Assembly: GCA_963815565.1 (NCBI GenBank)
Contig: CAWFHB010000003.1
Span: 470,329-534,328 of the forward strand
Reading direction: 5' to 3'
From: an uncultured Solirubrobacterales bacterium
Lineage (GTDB): Bacteria; Actinomycetota; Thermoleophilia; Solirubrobacterales; Solirubrobacteraceae
DNA length: 64,000 bases
The position numbers and the translations under genes were made by a program. How positions within the stretch are numbered: the stretch's first letter is position 1; each line of letters starts with the position of its first letter. This document shows positions 20,807-31,067 of the stretch, piece by piece. A model generated the notes under the pieces. The model did not search any database, was not told where the DNA came from, and saw only the letters and a list, made by a program, of their open reading frames with translations.

Positions 20807-23474
20807 TCAGGGCGCGCCGACCTCGACGGCCTGCTGGAACGTCGGCCGGTTCTGCCACGGGATCAGCGGCTGGGTGACGCCGCCGATCGGGCGGAAGAAG
20901 ATCGAGTCGCAGCAGGTCTGGTCGCCGTCGCGGCCGGCGGCGGCGCAGACCGCGTCATCGCCGTAGGTGCGCGGGGTCGGCCGAGCGCCGTCGCGCAGCG
21001 AGTCGCGCAGCGCGGCGCGGCAGCGCCGCGCGAGCGCCCCGCAGTAGACGCGCGACCAGCCGCGGCGGTCGCCGGTGCGCAGCAGCCGCGCAGGTCGGCG
21101 AGCGCGTAGCCGTGCCAGCCGTCCTGCCAGGCCGAGCCGAGGTGGTCGCCGTGGTTGTTGGGGTCGTTGGCGAGCTCGTTGATGTTCTCGATCGCCTCGA
21201 ACAGCGGCGTCCCGAGCGCGGGCTCGAACTGCGCGTGCATCCAGCGCGGCCACCAGGCGTCGAAGAGCCGCGATCGCCTCGGCGTGCTCGTAGCGGCCGT
21301 CGCGGTCGCGGTCGATGCGGTGCGCGCCGTCGGCGTGCCAGGCGCGCAGGCGTCGACCGCGGCCGGCGCGGCGTCGCGGGCGGCCGAGCAGCCTCAGCGC
21401 CAGCGGCAGGACCTTGTCGGCGCGCAGGTCGACGGTGGCGGCGTCCTCCATCGCGCGTCGACGAGCTCCGGCAGCGTCGCCTTGCGCGCGCCGCGCACGA
21501 GCGGCGCGACGCGGTCGGACAGCAGCTGCGAGCGGTAGGTCGGGCCGTAGCCCCAGTTGTCGTCGGCGGCGCCGTAGCCGCGCGCCTGCTTGTTGTTCCA
21601 GTCGGTCGCCCACGCCTGGTCGACGAACTGCGGGTGCTGCGAGCGCGGCTGGAAGGCCTTCAGCGAGAGCGCGCTCGGGGTCGTAGCCGCGCCACTCGTA
21701 GCCGGCGCGGCCGCGGATCGGCAGGTCGGGGTCGGTGCCCCGCGCGCGGCGCGGGTTGTAGCCGGCGTTCTGGTAGGCGATGTGGTGCGCGTCGACGTAG
21801 AACCAGTTGAACGTGTAGCCGATCAGCGACGCGGCGCGCTGGAAGTCGCGTCGGGCCCTTGATGCGGTCGGGGTCGTTGAAGTAGGCGAACGCCAGCCCC
21901 GAGTCGGGCTCGTGCATGTAGGTCGCGCGCAGGCGCGTGTAGGCGACCGGCCGGCCGCTGGATCGTCGCCGCGGCCGACGACCAGGCCGAGCTTCGTGCG
22001 CTCGGTGACCAGCGTCTCGCTGCCCGGCCGGCGTCGGGTCGGCGGCGTTGGGCTGCCAGGCGTTGCGGCGCTCGAGCGCTCGATCGGCTCGCAGGCGCCG
22101 CGGTAGCGGTAGTGGCGATGTCGTCGGCCGCCGCAGGGTGCAAGGTCGACGGCGAAGGTGTCGACGATGTCCTGCGCCGAGGTCGTCGCGCTCCACGCGT
22201 AGTCGCGCCCGTGGCCGATCTGCACGTACAGGTTGACGCCCGGGAAGGCGACGCCGCGGGCCGAGATGCCCGGCGCCTGGACCTCCTGCTCCATCAGCGC
22301 CTGCGGGGCGAAGTAGCCGGTCTGCGGGCCGAAGACGGCGAGCGGCCGGCCGCTCGCCGACTCGCGCGCGGAGACCAGGATCGCGTTGGACATCGCGCCG
22401 GGGAAGGCGACCTTCGACGGCGGCGCGCCGGGCGCGGCCGGCACGTGGTCGGCTGCCCGAGCCGGTGCCGGCGACCTGGACGTCGCGGTGGTGACGCTCC
22501 GGCGGTCGGGCAGCGCGCGGCCGCGGACCTTGCCGCGGCGGCGCGGGTAGGGGAAGCGCCTGCCGCGGACGGTCGTCGGCGCCGCCGGGTCGTCGGCGAA
22601 GCGGAAGTCGCGCCAGACGCGCCAGCCCGCGCGCGCGCGCCGAAGCGCGCCTGCGCGCGCTCGAGCACGCGCGCCGAGGCCAGCTCGCCGCCGCCGCCGA
22701 CGCCGAGGATCGCGCCGACGACCAGCGCCGTCGCCACCGTGTCGGTGCCCTTCCAGTCCTCGGGGCCCTGCGGCCGGCCGATCGCCGCGTACTCGCCGGG
22801 CAGCTTGGACGGGTCCAGCCGCGCCTCGGCGATGTAGCTGGTTGATCCCGGCCACGTAGTCGCCGAGGTCCTCGCGCAGCATCGCCGCCTCGCGCTCGAA
22901 GCCCGGGCGCGCTCGGCGTCGATCTGGCGCTGCAGGTCGGCCTCGGTGTACGGCGCGACGGTCCAGACCAGGTGGTCGAAGGCGCGGTTGGCCGGCGCGC
23001 CGCCGGCGAACGAGGACAGCTGCGCGCGGCCGACGTGGCGGAAGACGTCGAGGAAGAACAGCCGGTCCTCGGCGGTCGCGTAGCCGGTGCCGAACATCGC
23101 GCCCGCGCGCGTGCGCGCCGTAGATGTGCGGCACGCCCCGGCGGTCGCGCACGATCGTGACGTCGAGCGCGGGTGCTCGGTGCGCTCGACGTCCTCGGGC
23201 TTGACGCCGAAGCTCGCGTCCTTGAAGAAGTCCAGCGCGCGCGGCGGCCCGGTCGCGTAGAGCAGGTCGCGATAGGGCGCGAGCTGGTCGTCGTTGTGGG
23301 CCGGCCGCGCGCCGGTGGCCAGGAACGCGCCGAGCTCGGGGTTCGCGAGCCCGTTCTGGCCCGGCGGCAGGATGTTGCGAAAGCCGCCGGCGTCCTGCTG
23401 GGCGCCTGCGCCGGTGCGGCGGCGGTCAGCGCCAGCGCCAGTCCGGTCATCATTGCTCGCCATGCCCGTCCCAC
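20807..23474 (-). CDS. Penicillin acylase (Ntn-hydrolase) family secreted protein with many frameshifts (sequencing errors or pseudogene)
   Basis: Fragments across all frames: signal peptide; RNILPPGQNG; RDRRGVPHIYG; FGTGYATAEDRLF; MSNAILVS nucleophile region; VFGPQTGYFAPQ; GVAFPGVNLYVQIGHG; WQNRPTFQQAVE. Confidence 0.85.
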
Positions 23475-23604
23475 GGTCGAGCAGCCTATGCGCCGCCGGA
23501 CCCGAGCGCCACCCGTCGACTCACGTCATCGGTCGTGCGCCCGTGCGCGTCTCGGGATCGCCGCGGCGCCGTCGGATCGCGCGGACGGCAACGACAAGCG
23601 CCCG

Positions 23605-24907
23605 TCATCGTGGTTCGGCCAGTCGCTGGTCGAGCGAGTCGGTGTTGGCGGCGGCCCGGAGTGCGCGGCCGATGACCAGGCGCTGGATCTCCGAGGTCCC
23701 TTCGAAGATCGTGAACAGCTTGGCGTCGCGGTACCACTTCTCCACGGGGAAGTCCTTGATGTAGCCCCAGCCGCCCATCGTCTGGATGGCCTGCTCGCAC
23801 GCGCGGACCGCGACCTCAGAGGCCTTGAGCTTGGACATGGAACCCTCGGCGTGCTCGAACGGCTTGCGCTGGGCGGCCATCCACGCCGCCCCCCAAGTGA
23901 GCAGCCGTGCGGCATCGATGTCGGCCGCGAGGTCGGCCAAGGGGCGCGAGACGCCCTGGTTCTCGATGATGGGCTGCCCGAAGGCCTCACGCGAGACGGC
24001 GTAGTCGCGCGCGAACTCGAGGGCCGCCCGGGCGATCCCGATGCGCCTGTGCGGCGACCATCGGCCGGGTTCGTTCGAAGGCCCCCGAGTGCCGCAGAGC
24101 TGCGGCGTTGCACCGCCGCGGCGGGGCCGCCCTCCTCAGCTGTCTGCACGGGGGGGGCGGCGTGGCCCTGCTCCGCGTTCTTGCGCCTTGGCGATCCGCT
24201 CGGCCAGCCGCTCCTCGCCCCCGAGCAGCTGATCGGCGGGCACACGACAATCCGCGAAGACGATCTCGCCGGTGTGGGAGGCGCGGCAGCCGAGCTTGTC
24301 GAGCTTGCGCAGTATAGCGTGAGTCCGGGGGTGCCCTTGGGGACGATGAACACTCCCTGGCCGCGATGACCGGCCTCCGGGTCGACGGTCGCGACCACGA
24401 CGTGAACATCGGCGATGCCACCGTTGCCGATGAAGACCTTCTGCCCGTCGATGACCCAGTCGTCGCCGTCCTTGCGGGCCGTCGTCTGGATCGAGCGAAC
24501 GTCACTGCCGCCGCTGGGCTCGGTCACGGCCAGCGCCGCGAGTTTGAGGTCTCCCGGGGTTCCGAAGCACTGCGGTGCCCACCGCACGAGCTGCTCGTCG
24601 GTGGCCGCCTGGCGGATGGCGGCGAGCGCGAGGGCGGGCATCACGATCGACAGGCCGATCCCTGCGCAGCCCCAGAACAGCTCCTCCATCAGGATCGGCA
24701 GTGACAGGCCGGTCGGATCCATCGACAGCTCCGCGTAGAGCTCCCACTTGTACACCCCTGCCGCGCGGCCTCCTCGATCACCGGCCAGGGGAACTCCTGC
24801 GCGCGGTCGTACTCCGCGGCGGCCGGTCGGATGACGTCCCTCGCGAAGATGTGCGCCTTCTCGCGCAGCGCCTCCTGCTCCTCGGTCAACTCGAGCGTGA
24901 AGCTCAT
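23605..24907 (-). CDS. Acyl-CoA dehydrogenase, at least 4 frameshifts
   Basis: MSFTLELTEEQ...; EELFWGCAG; ALAVTEPSGGSDV; IDGQKVFIGNG; KLGCRASHTGEI; AFGQPIIENQG; QTMGGWGYIKDFPVEKWYRDAKLFTIFEGTSEIQRLVI. Confidence 0.88.
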
Positions 24908-25029
24908 GCTGCGTCCTCGACCGGCCCGTCGAAGAAGGCCGTCGTCGCCGCGAGGGTCTTCCACTCTGACGACCGCGGTGCACCCCCTCTGCCCTCTTCC
25001 GTCATCTCCTCGACGAACGCGTGACTCAT
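24904..25029 (-). pseudogene. 41-aa ORF coupled to the acyl-CoA dehydrogenase; possible collapsed gene remnant
   Basis: MSHAFVEEMTEEGRGGAPRSSEWKTLAATTAFFDGPVEDAA; ATGA overlap with the ACAD start; first ORF after the operator. Confidence 0.35.
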
Positions 25030-25067
25030 GCGGATTTCCCTTTCGTGGACACTCGGGCAGTCTTCGT

Positions 25068-25095
25068 TACTCCCAAGTAACGTTACCGCAGAGTA
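25068..25095. promoter_or_regulatory. Palindromic TetR operator between divergent operons
   Basis: TACTC-ccaa-GTAACGTTAC-cgca-GAGTA, symmetric about 25081/25082; abuts TATCAT -10 (25094-25099) of the leaderless tetR. Confidence 0.75.
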
Positions 25096-25105
25096 TCATG
25101 CTCCT

Positions 25106-25699
25106 ATGGCGACGACCGAGAGCCACAGCGCGGTCGAACGACGCCGCATCCCCCGCGCCGAGCGCGAGCAGTCGATGCTCGACGCGGCGGGCGTGACCTT
25201 CGCCGACCAGGGCTTTCACGCGGCCTCGATGGACGCGATCGCCGAGACGGCAGGGATCTCCAAGCCCATGCTCTACAACTACTTCGGCTCCAAGCACGGG
25301 CTCTACGTCGCCTACATCGAGCGCTCCGGAGAGGCGCTGCTCGCGACGATGCGCGAGGCCTCGACGCGAACAGACGCCCCGGGTGACCGCTTACGCGTGG
25401 GGTTGCTCGCCTTCCTGACCTACGTCGACGAGCACCGCTCAGGCTGGACGGTTTTGTACAAGGAGGCGAGCACGCAAGGTGGTCCCCTGGCTGCCGAGGT
25501 CGCGGGACTGCGGCTGCGGATCGCGGGTCTGCTGAGCGGCCTGTTCGACAACGAGGCGTTCGCACACGCCTTCGTCGGGGCGGGGGAGTCGCTGGCCAAC
25601 TGGTGGCTCGAGCACCCCGACGTGGCCAAGGCCGACGTCGCCAACCTGCTCATGGGCATCGCGGAACTCGAGCTCCCCGCGACCGGACGAACCTCATGA
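25106..25699 (+). CDS. TetR/AcrR family transcriptional regulator
   Basis: REQSMLDAAGVTFADQGFHAASMDAIAETAGISKPMLYNYFGSKHGLY helix-turn-helix. Confidence 0.93.
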   Translation: MATTESHSAVERRRIPRAEREQSMLDAAGVTFADQGFHAASMDAIAETAGISKPMLYNYFGSKHGLYVAYIERSGEALLATMREASTRTDAPGDRLRVGLLAFLTYVDEHRSGWTVLYKEASTQGGPLAAEVAGLRLRIAGLLSGLFDNEAFAHAFVGAGESLANWWLEHPDVAKADVANLLMGIAELELPATGRTS

Positions 25700-26865
25700 C
25701 GATGACAACACTGCCGATGGCCTTGGCAACGCTGACCGATCGCTTCGATCCGACCGCGCTCGAGCTCGGACGACGTCGCGTCCGCGTGCGGTTGGCCGGC
25801 GCGACCGAAGGACCGTTCGACGTCATCCTCGAGGGCGAAACCGCCACGCTCGAGAGCGCCGACACGGCGCGGCGGGCGGACGCCCTGTTGACGGCCGACG
25901 GGGCGACGTGGGCAAGCATCGCGAACGACCTAGGCGGGGGCATGGACGCCTTTCGGGCCGGGCGCCTCAGCGTCCGCCACGACCTCCACCTCGGCGTGGG
26001 GTTCCTCGCCGCCACCGCCGCCGCCGCGACCGCCGGCGAGCACCGCCTGCGCTTCCGGCACATCGAAACCGCCCGAGGAAAGCTGTCGATCAGTGAGGCG
26101 GGCAGCGGCCCGCCCGTCGTCCTCATCCACGGCCTAGGGGCGACGAAGGTCTCGTTCCTCCCGACCCTCGCCGCGCTCGCGCCGACGCGCCGCGTGATCG
26201 CGCTCGACCTTCCAGGCTTCGGAGACTCGGTCAAGCCGATTCGCGCTGCCTACGATGCCCGCTACTTCGCGTCGGCCACGACCGCGCTGCTCGACGCGCT
26301 CGGCCTCGACCGCGTCGACGTGGTGGGCAACAGCATGGGTGGCCGGGTCGCACTCGAGCTCGGTCTCCGTCATCCCGACCGCGTCCGTCGGCTGACGCTG
26401 CTGGCCCCGTCGATGGCCTGGCTCAGGCCACGACCCTGGGCGCCCTATCTGCGCTGGGTCGCGCCGCAACTCGGCCTCATCCAACCAACACCCCGCCCCG
26501 TCGTCGAAGCGATCGTCCGGCGTGTTGTTCCTGGCGCCCAAGAGGAATGGACCGCAGCCGGGATCGACGAGTTCCTGCGCTCATATCTCACCCCGCGCGG
26601 CCGCGCCGCCTTCTACGCCGCCGCGCGCAACATCTACCTCGAGGAACCGCACGGACCCAACGGGCTCTGGACGCGCTTGCCAGATCTCGCGGCTCCTGCA
26701 CTCTTCGTCTGGGGACGCCGCGACCGGCTCGTCCCCGCCCGCTTCGCCGAACACGTACGCAACGCCCTCCCGAGCGCCTCCCACCTAGAACTCGACTGCG
26801 GTCACGTCCCCCAACTCGAACGCCCGCACGAGACCCACACCGCACTCGCACGCTTCCTCGACTGA
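25696..26865 (+). CDS. SCP2 sterol/lipid-binding domain fused to alpha/beta hydrolase
   Basis: N-terminal SCP2-like ADALLTAD...DAFRAGRLSVRHDL; IHGLG, GNSMGG nucleophile elbow, WGRRDRLVP, CGHVPQLE. Confidence 0.88.
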   Translation: MTMTTLPMALATLTDRFDPTALELGRRRVRVRLAGATEGPFDVILEGETATLESADTARRADALLTADGATWASIANDLGGGMDAFRAGRLSVRHDLHLGVGFLAATAAAATAGEHRLRFRHIETARGKLSISEAGSGPPVVLIHGLGATKVSFLPTLAALAPTRRVIALDLPGFGDSVKPIRAAYDARYFASATTALLDALGLDRVDVVGNSMGGRVALELGLRHPDRVRRLTLLAPSMAWLRPRPWAPYLRWVAPQLGLIQPTPRPVVEAIVRRVVPGAQEEWTAAGIDEFLRSYLTPRGRAAFYAAARNIYLEEPHGPNGLWTRLPDLAAPALFVWGRRDRLVPARFAEHVRNALPSASHLELDCGHVPQLERPHETHTALARFLD

Positions 26866-27025
26866 ACGCTGCCACTACGAGGAGACCGGCCGGCGGCGCT
26901 GGCCCGACGCCCTCCCTCGCATGTCTCGGGCGTCGGCGCCACCAAGATCCGCAGCCGGTGGCGAGCATCGCGTCACGGGCGACCCGTAAAACGCGAACCC
27001 GGGACCTGTCCGACGGTCTCACGAG

Positions 27026-27098
<73 letters not shown>

Positions 27099-27149
27099 GC
27101 TGGGACGGGAGTGTAGAGGACCCGCTGCATCCCCGTCCGTCCGCCGTGT

Positions 27150-28142
27150 TCAGCGGTGCTTCACGCCCGCGCTGGCCCCCGGCGCGAGCTGCGTGCCCGT
27201 CACCGGGACGTCACCGAGCGCCTCGTCGATCGCGGCCTCGATGCCGTCCGGCAGCGAGACACCGGCGGCGTGCGCGTTGTCGTGGACCTGCTCGGGACGC
27301 GAGGCGCCGATGATCGCCGAGGCGACCTCACCGCGGCGGAGCACCCAGGCCAGCGCGAGCTGGGCCATGCTCAGGCCCGCCTCCTCGGCGATGGGAACGA
27401 GGCGCTGCACCGCCTCGAGGGTCTCGTCCGTCAACCGCTGCTTGATGAACGTGCTCATCTCGGCAGAGGAGGCGCGCGTGCCCTCGGGCAGCGGCTCACC
27501 CGGCTTGTACTTGCCGGTCAGCACACCTTCGGCGAGCGGCGACCAGACGATGTGGCTGATGCCGTTCTCCTCGGTCAGCGGGAACACCTCCTCCTCCGGT
27601 GCGCGCCAGAGCATCGAGTACTGCGGCTGGCTCGAGATGAACTTCGGGGCTCCGGGGACGTCCAGGGCGGCCTGGATCTGCTCCGGCGTCCACTCGCTGA
27701 AGCCGAGGTGGCGCACCTTCCCCTGCTCGACGAGCTTCGCGAGCGCCTCGACCGTCTCTTCGATCGGCACGTCCACGTCGAACCGATGGCACTGGTACAG
27801 GTCGATGTAATCCGTCTGCAGCCGCTCGAGCGAGGCGTCGCACTGCTTGGCGATCTGCTCGGCCGAGAGCCCCTTGTCGGTCTCGCTCATGGGGAAGAAC
27901 ACCTTGGTCGCCAGCACGTAGGAGCTCCGGTCGTAGCCCTTGAGGATCTCGCCCCAGGCGCTCTCGGCCGCCCCCTGGCCGTAGCCGTTGGCGGTGTCGA
28001 AGAGGGTGATGCCCGCGTCGAAGGCGGCCTTGGTGCAGGCGAGCGTCTGCTCCTTCTCCACCCCGCCCGAGTAGGTGAGCCAGGAGCCGAGGGAGATCAC
28101 CGAGACCTCGAGGTCGGAGTCGCCGAGCATGCGTGTCTTCAT
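27150..28142 (-). CDS. Aldo/keto reductase (KCNAB/Tas-like)
   Basis: VISLGSWLT, FDTANGYG, VLATKVFF, DYIDLYQCHRFD, SQPQYSML, WSPLAEGVLTGKY. Confidence 0.93.
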   Translation of the reverse strand: MKTRMLGDSDLEVSVISLGSWLTYSGGVEKEQTLACTKAAFDAGITLFDTANGYGQGAAESAWGEILKGYDRSSYVLATKVFFPMSETDKGLSAEQIAKQCDASLERLQTDYIDLYQCHRFDVDVPIEETVEALAKLVEQGKVRHLGFSEWTPEQIQAALDVPGAPKFISSQPQYSMLWRAPEEEVFPLTEENGISHIVWSPLAEGVLTGKYKPGEPLPEGTRASSAEMSTFIKQRLTDETLEAVQRLVPIAEEAGLSMAQLALAWVLRRGEVASAIIGASRPEQVHDNAHAAGVSLPDGIEAAIDEALGDVPVTGTQLAPGASAGVKHR

Positions 28143-28234
28143 CACCCGATGATGCCCACCCCCGCCGGTCGCAACTCCTCGCCCAGGCTCGGCCCCGGCC
28201 GCGACTCACCGCATCATGCGGTGTTCTGCCTACC

Positions 28235-30493
28235 GTGATCTCGCCTCGCCCCCTCCTCTTCGCGCTCGCCGCCGCGGCCCTCACCGCGCCTGCCTCGGCC
28301 GTCGCGGACCCCTGCCCCGGCGCCGACAGCTGCCCGTACGTCGCGGTCACGCAGGTCGGGCAGCCGGCCGGCGGCACGCTCCGCTTCCCGCAGGCGGTCG
28401 CCGTCGGCGCCAACCAGGAGGTCTACGTCGGCGACCAGGGCTCACACGTCATCCAGGTCTTCGACGCGAACGGCACCTTCCTGCGCGCCATCGGCGGACC
28501 CGGCGGCAAGGCCGGACAGCTCACGGCCGTCGGCGCCCTGGCCAGCGCCGGCGACGGCTCGATCTTCGCCGCCGACGGTGGCGGCCGGGTCGACAGGTTC
28601 GATCCGAGCGGTTCGCTGCTCGGCAGCTTCGGCTCCCGCGGGCGCGGCGTCGGCCAGTTCGCCTTCGGCGGCGGCCGCGGCAACGACGCGGGCGCGGGCG
28701 GCGGGCTGGCGGTCACCGGCAACACGGTCTTCGTCGCCGACAGCGGGAACGATCGCATCCAGCGCTTCTCCCTCGACGGCTCCGCCGCCACGGTGCTCGT
28801 GCCGCCCGGCCTGCTCGCCTACCCGAAGGGCCTCGCGGTCCGGAAGACCCGGCTCTTCATCGCTGATGACCAGAACCACCGCGTCGTCGTCACCGACACC
28901 GGTGGGCGCCAGCTCACGACGATCGGCACGGGCGAGGGTCCCGCCCCCGGACAGCTGAGCTTCCCCTACGGCGTGGCCGCCGACGCCGCCGGCCGCGTCT
29001 TCGTCTCCGACAACATCAACCACCGGGTCTCCCGCTTCTCGACCGCCCCGGCCTACGGGTACAAGGCGCGCTTCGGCAGCTTCGGCACCGCGCCCGGCCG
29101 GCTCGCCTACCCCCGCGCCCTCGCGGTGGACGCGACCGGAAACGTCTACGTCGCGAACACGGGCAACGACCGCGTCGACGTCTTCGATCGAGGCGGGACC
29201 CTGCTGCGGTCGATGGGCACCTCCGGGCGTGCGCCGGGCCAGTTCAACACCCCCCTCGGCGTGGGCAGCGACAGCTCGGGCATCACCGCGGTCACCGACG
29301 GGGTCAACGGTCGGATCCAGCTGCTGCGCCCCGACGGGTCGGTCGCGGCCGTGTGGGGCTCCCCGAACCCCGGACCGACCGTCCTGCCGCGGCCGATCGC
29401 CGTCGCCTTCGACACCGGCGGCAACGCCTACGTGCTCGATCAGCGCCGCGCCCGGATCGTCGTCTTCAGCCGGGCCACCGGCCGGCCGGTGCGCTCGATC
29501 GGCTCCCAGGGGAAGGGTCCCGGCAAGCTGCTCGACCCGGAGGCGCTCGCGATCTCACAGGGTGGGACGATCGTCGTCGCCGATCGCGGGAACGGGCGGA
29601 TCGCCCGCTTCCGGACCGACGGCAGCGCACTGCCCCCGATCGCCGACACGGGCCCGCTGCGGGGCGTCGCGATCACGCCCGACGGCAGCTCCGTCTACGG
29701 CAGCCGAACGAACAACAAGATCTCCGTGTGGAACGCGGATGGGATCGAACAGCGGGAGTTCAGCGGGAGCGGGCGGAAGGTCGGCCTCTCGGCCGGTCCC
29801 GCCCAGATGGCACTCGACGCCGCCGGGAACCTCTGGGTCGCGGACCGGGCCAACAACCGCGTGCAGCAGTTCGGCCCCGCCGGCGAGCGGCTCGGCGCGT
29901 TCGGCCGCCGCGGCACCGGCCCCGGCGAGTTCATCCAGCCGACCGGCGTGAGCGTCTCCTGCGACGGCAGCCTCACGGTCAGCGACACCGACGGGAACCG
30001 CGTCCAGCGCTTCGTCCTGGCCGGCGCGCCCGCCGCGGGCTGCGGGTCGCTGCCGCCGGTCGCCGTGCCGCCGACGCCGAAGTCCCCGACCCTCCCCGCC
30101 CCCGATGGCCCGCTGCTCACCCTGAAGGTCCTGCGCAGCCGGGCGCTGCTCGGCCGCAGCGGCGTTCCGGTCCGCGTCGGCTGCGACACACCCTGCACGG
30201 TCTCCACGACCGCGACGCTCACCGCGACCCGGCCCGCGACCAAGGCGTCGAAGCGTGCAAAGGGAAAGCGGACCCCGCCCAAGCCGGTCGTCGAGACCCT
30301 GAAGGCCGCCGCGGTGCCGGTTCCCGCCGGGACGTCCCGGATCGTCCGCCTGCGGGTGAGCGCGGAACAGGCCGCACGGCTGCGCCGCGCCCTCGGCCGC
30401 CGCACCGCCCTGAGCCTCACGGTGCAGGCCGTCGCCACGAGCCCGGCCGGCAGCTCGACGACCGTCAGCGAGAGCACCGACGGCACCCGCTGA
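28235..30493 (+). CDS. Secreted NHL-repeat (beta-propeller) protein with Pro linker and basic C-terminal domain
   Basis: Signal peptide; repeated G(Q/R)(L/F)xxPxxxAVDxxGNVYVAxxxNxRV units. Confidence 0.9.
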   Translation: MISPRPLLFALAAAALTAPASAVADPCPGADSCPYVAVTQVGQPAGGTLRFPQAVAVGANQEVYVGDQGSHVIQVFDANGTFLRAIGGPGGKAGQLTAVGALASAGDGSIFAADGGGRVDRFDPSGSLLGSFGSRGRGVGQFAFGGGRGNDAGAGGGLAVTGNTVFVADSGNDRIQRFSLDGSAATVLVPPGLLAYPKGLAVRKTRLFIADDQNHRVVVTDTGGRQLTTIGTGEGPAPGQLSFPYGVAADAAGRVFVSDNINHRVSRFSTAPAYGYKARFGSFGTAPGRLAYPRALAVDATGNVYVANTGNDRVDVFDRGGTLLRSMGTSGRAPGQFNTPLGVGSDSSGITAVTDGVNGRIQLLRPDGSVAAVWGSPNPGPTVLPRPIAVAFDTGGNAYVLDQRRARIVVFSRATGRPVRSIGSQGKGPGKLLDPEALAISQGGTIVVADRGNGRIARFRTDGSALPPIADTGPLRGVAITPDGSSVYGSRTNNKISVWNADGIEQREFSGSGRKVGLSAGPAQMALDAAGNLWVADRANNRVQQFGPAGERLGAFGRRGTGPGEFIQPTGVSVSCDGSLTVSDTDGNRVQRFVLAGAPAAGCGSLPPVAVPPTPKSPTLPAPDGPLLTLKVLRSRALLGRSGVPVRVGCDTPCTVSTTATLTATRPATKASKRAKGKRTPPKPVVETLKAAAVPVPAGTSRIVRLRVSAEQAARLRRALGRRTALSLTVQAVATSPAGSSTTVSESTDGTR

Positions 30494-30520
30494 GGCGGTC
30501 GGCCGCCTACGCTCAGGTGG

Positions 30521-31045
30521 ATGAGCGAGCACCTCCCCGGCAGCCACCGCCCGAGCCTCAACCCCGCGCTCGAGGACGTTCGCTTCTGTCCGCGCTGCGC
30601 GCGTGAGGCGGAGGTCCGCTTCCCCCGTTCGATCTCGTGCCCGCACTGCGATTACGGCGCCTACTACAACCCGAAGCCCGTGGCCTGCACGATCCCACGG
30701 ACCGCGGACGGGGAGATCATCCTGCTGCGGCGCGGCTTCGCGCCCGGCAAGGGGCTGTGGACGTTCCCCGGCGGGTTCGTCGACCTCGGCGAGTCCACCG
30801 AGGAGGCGGCCCGGCGGGAGACGATGGAGGAGCTCCGCATCGAGGTCGAGCTCGGTCCGCTCGTGGGCGTCTACTCCCGGCCCGACGACCGGGTCGTCCT
30901 CATCGTCTACGAGGCGCGTGCGCTCGGCGAGCCCCAGACCACGCCTGAGGCCACGGAGGTCCGCCGCTTCGCCCCGGAGGACATCCCCTACGAGGAGATG
31001 GCCTTCTGGAGCACGGAGGCCGCACTCCGCGACCTGGTCGGCTGA
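30521..31045 (+). CDS. NUDIX hydrolase with N-terminal zinc ribbon
   Basis: FCPRC...[32 protein letters not shown] Nudix box; TACGCT 7 nt upstream. Confidence 0.92.
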   Translation: MSEHLPGSHRPSLNPALEDVRFCPRCAREAEVRFPRSISCPHCDYGAYYNPKPVACTIPRTADGEIILLRRGFAPGKGLWTFPGGFVDLGESTEEAARRETMEELRIEVELGPLVGVYSRPDDRVVLIVYEARALGEPQTTPEATEVRRFAPEDIPYEEMAFWSTEAALRDLVG

Positions 31046-31067
31046 CCCCGGGCGGGGACGCCTCGCC

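Noticed and set aside
28400-30020. Internal sequence periodicity in the 28.2-30.5 kb gene
   Set aside because: Ordinary NHL beta-propeller protein repeats
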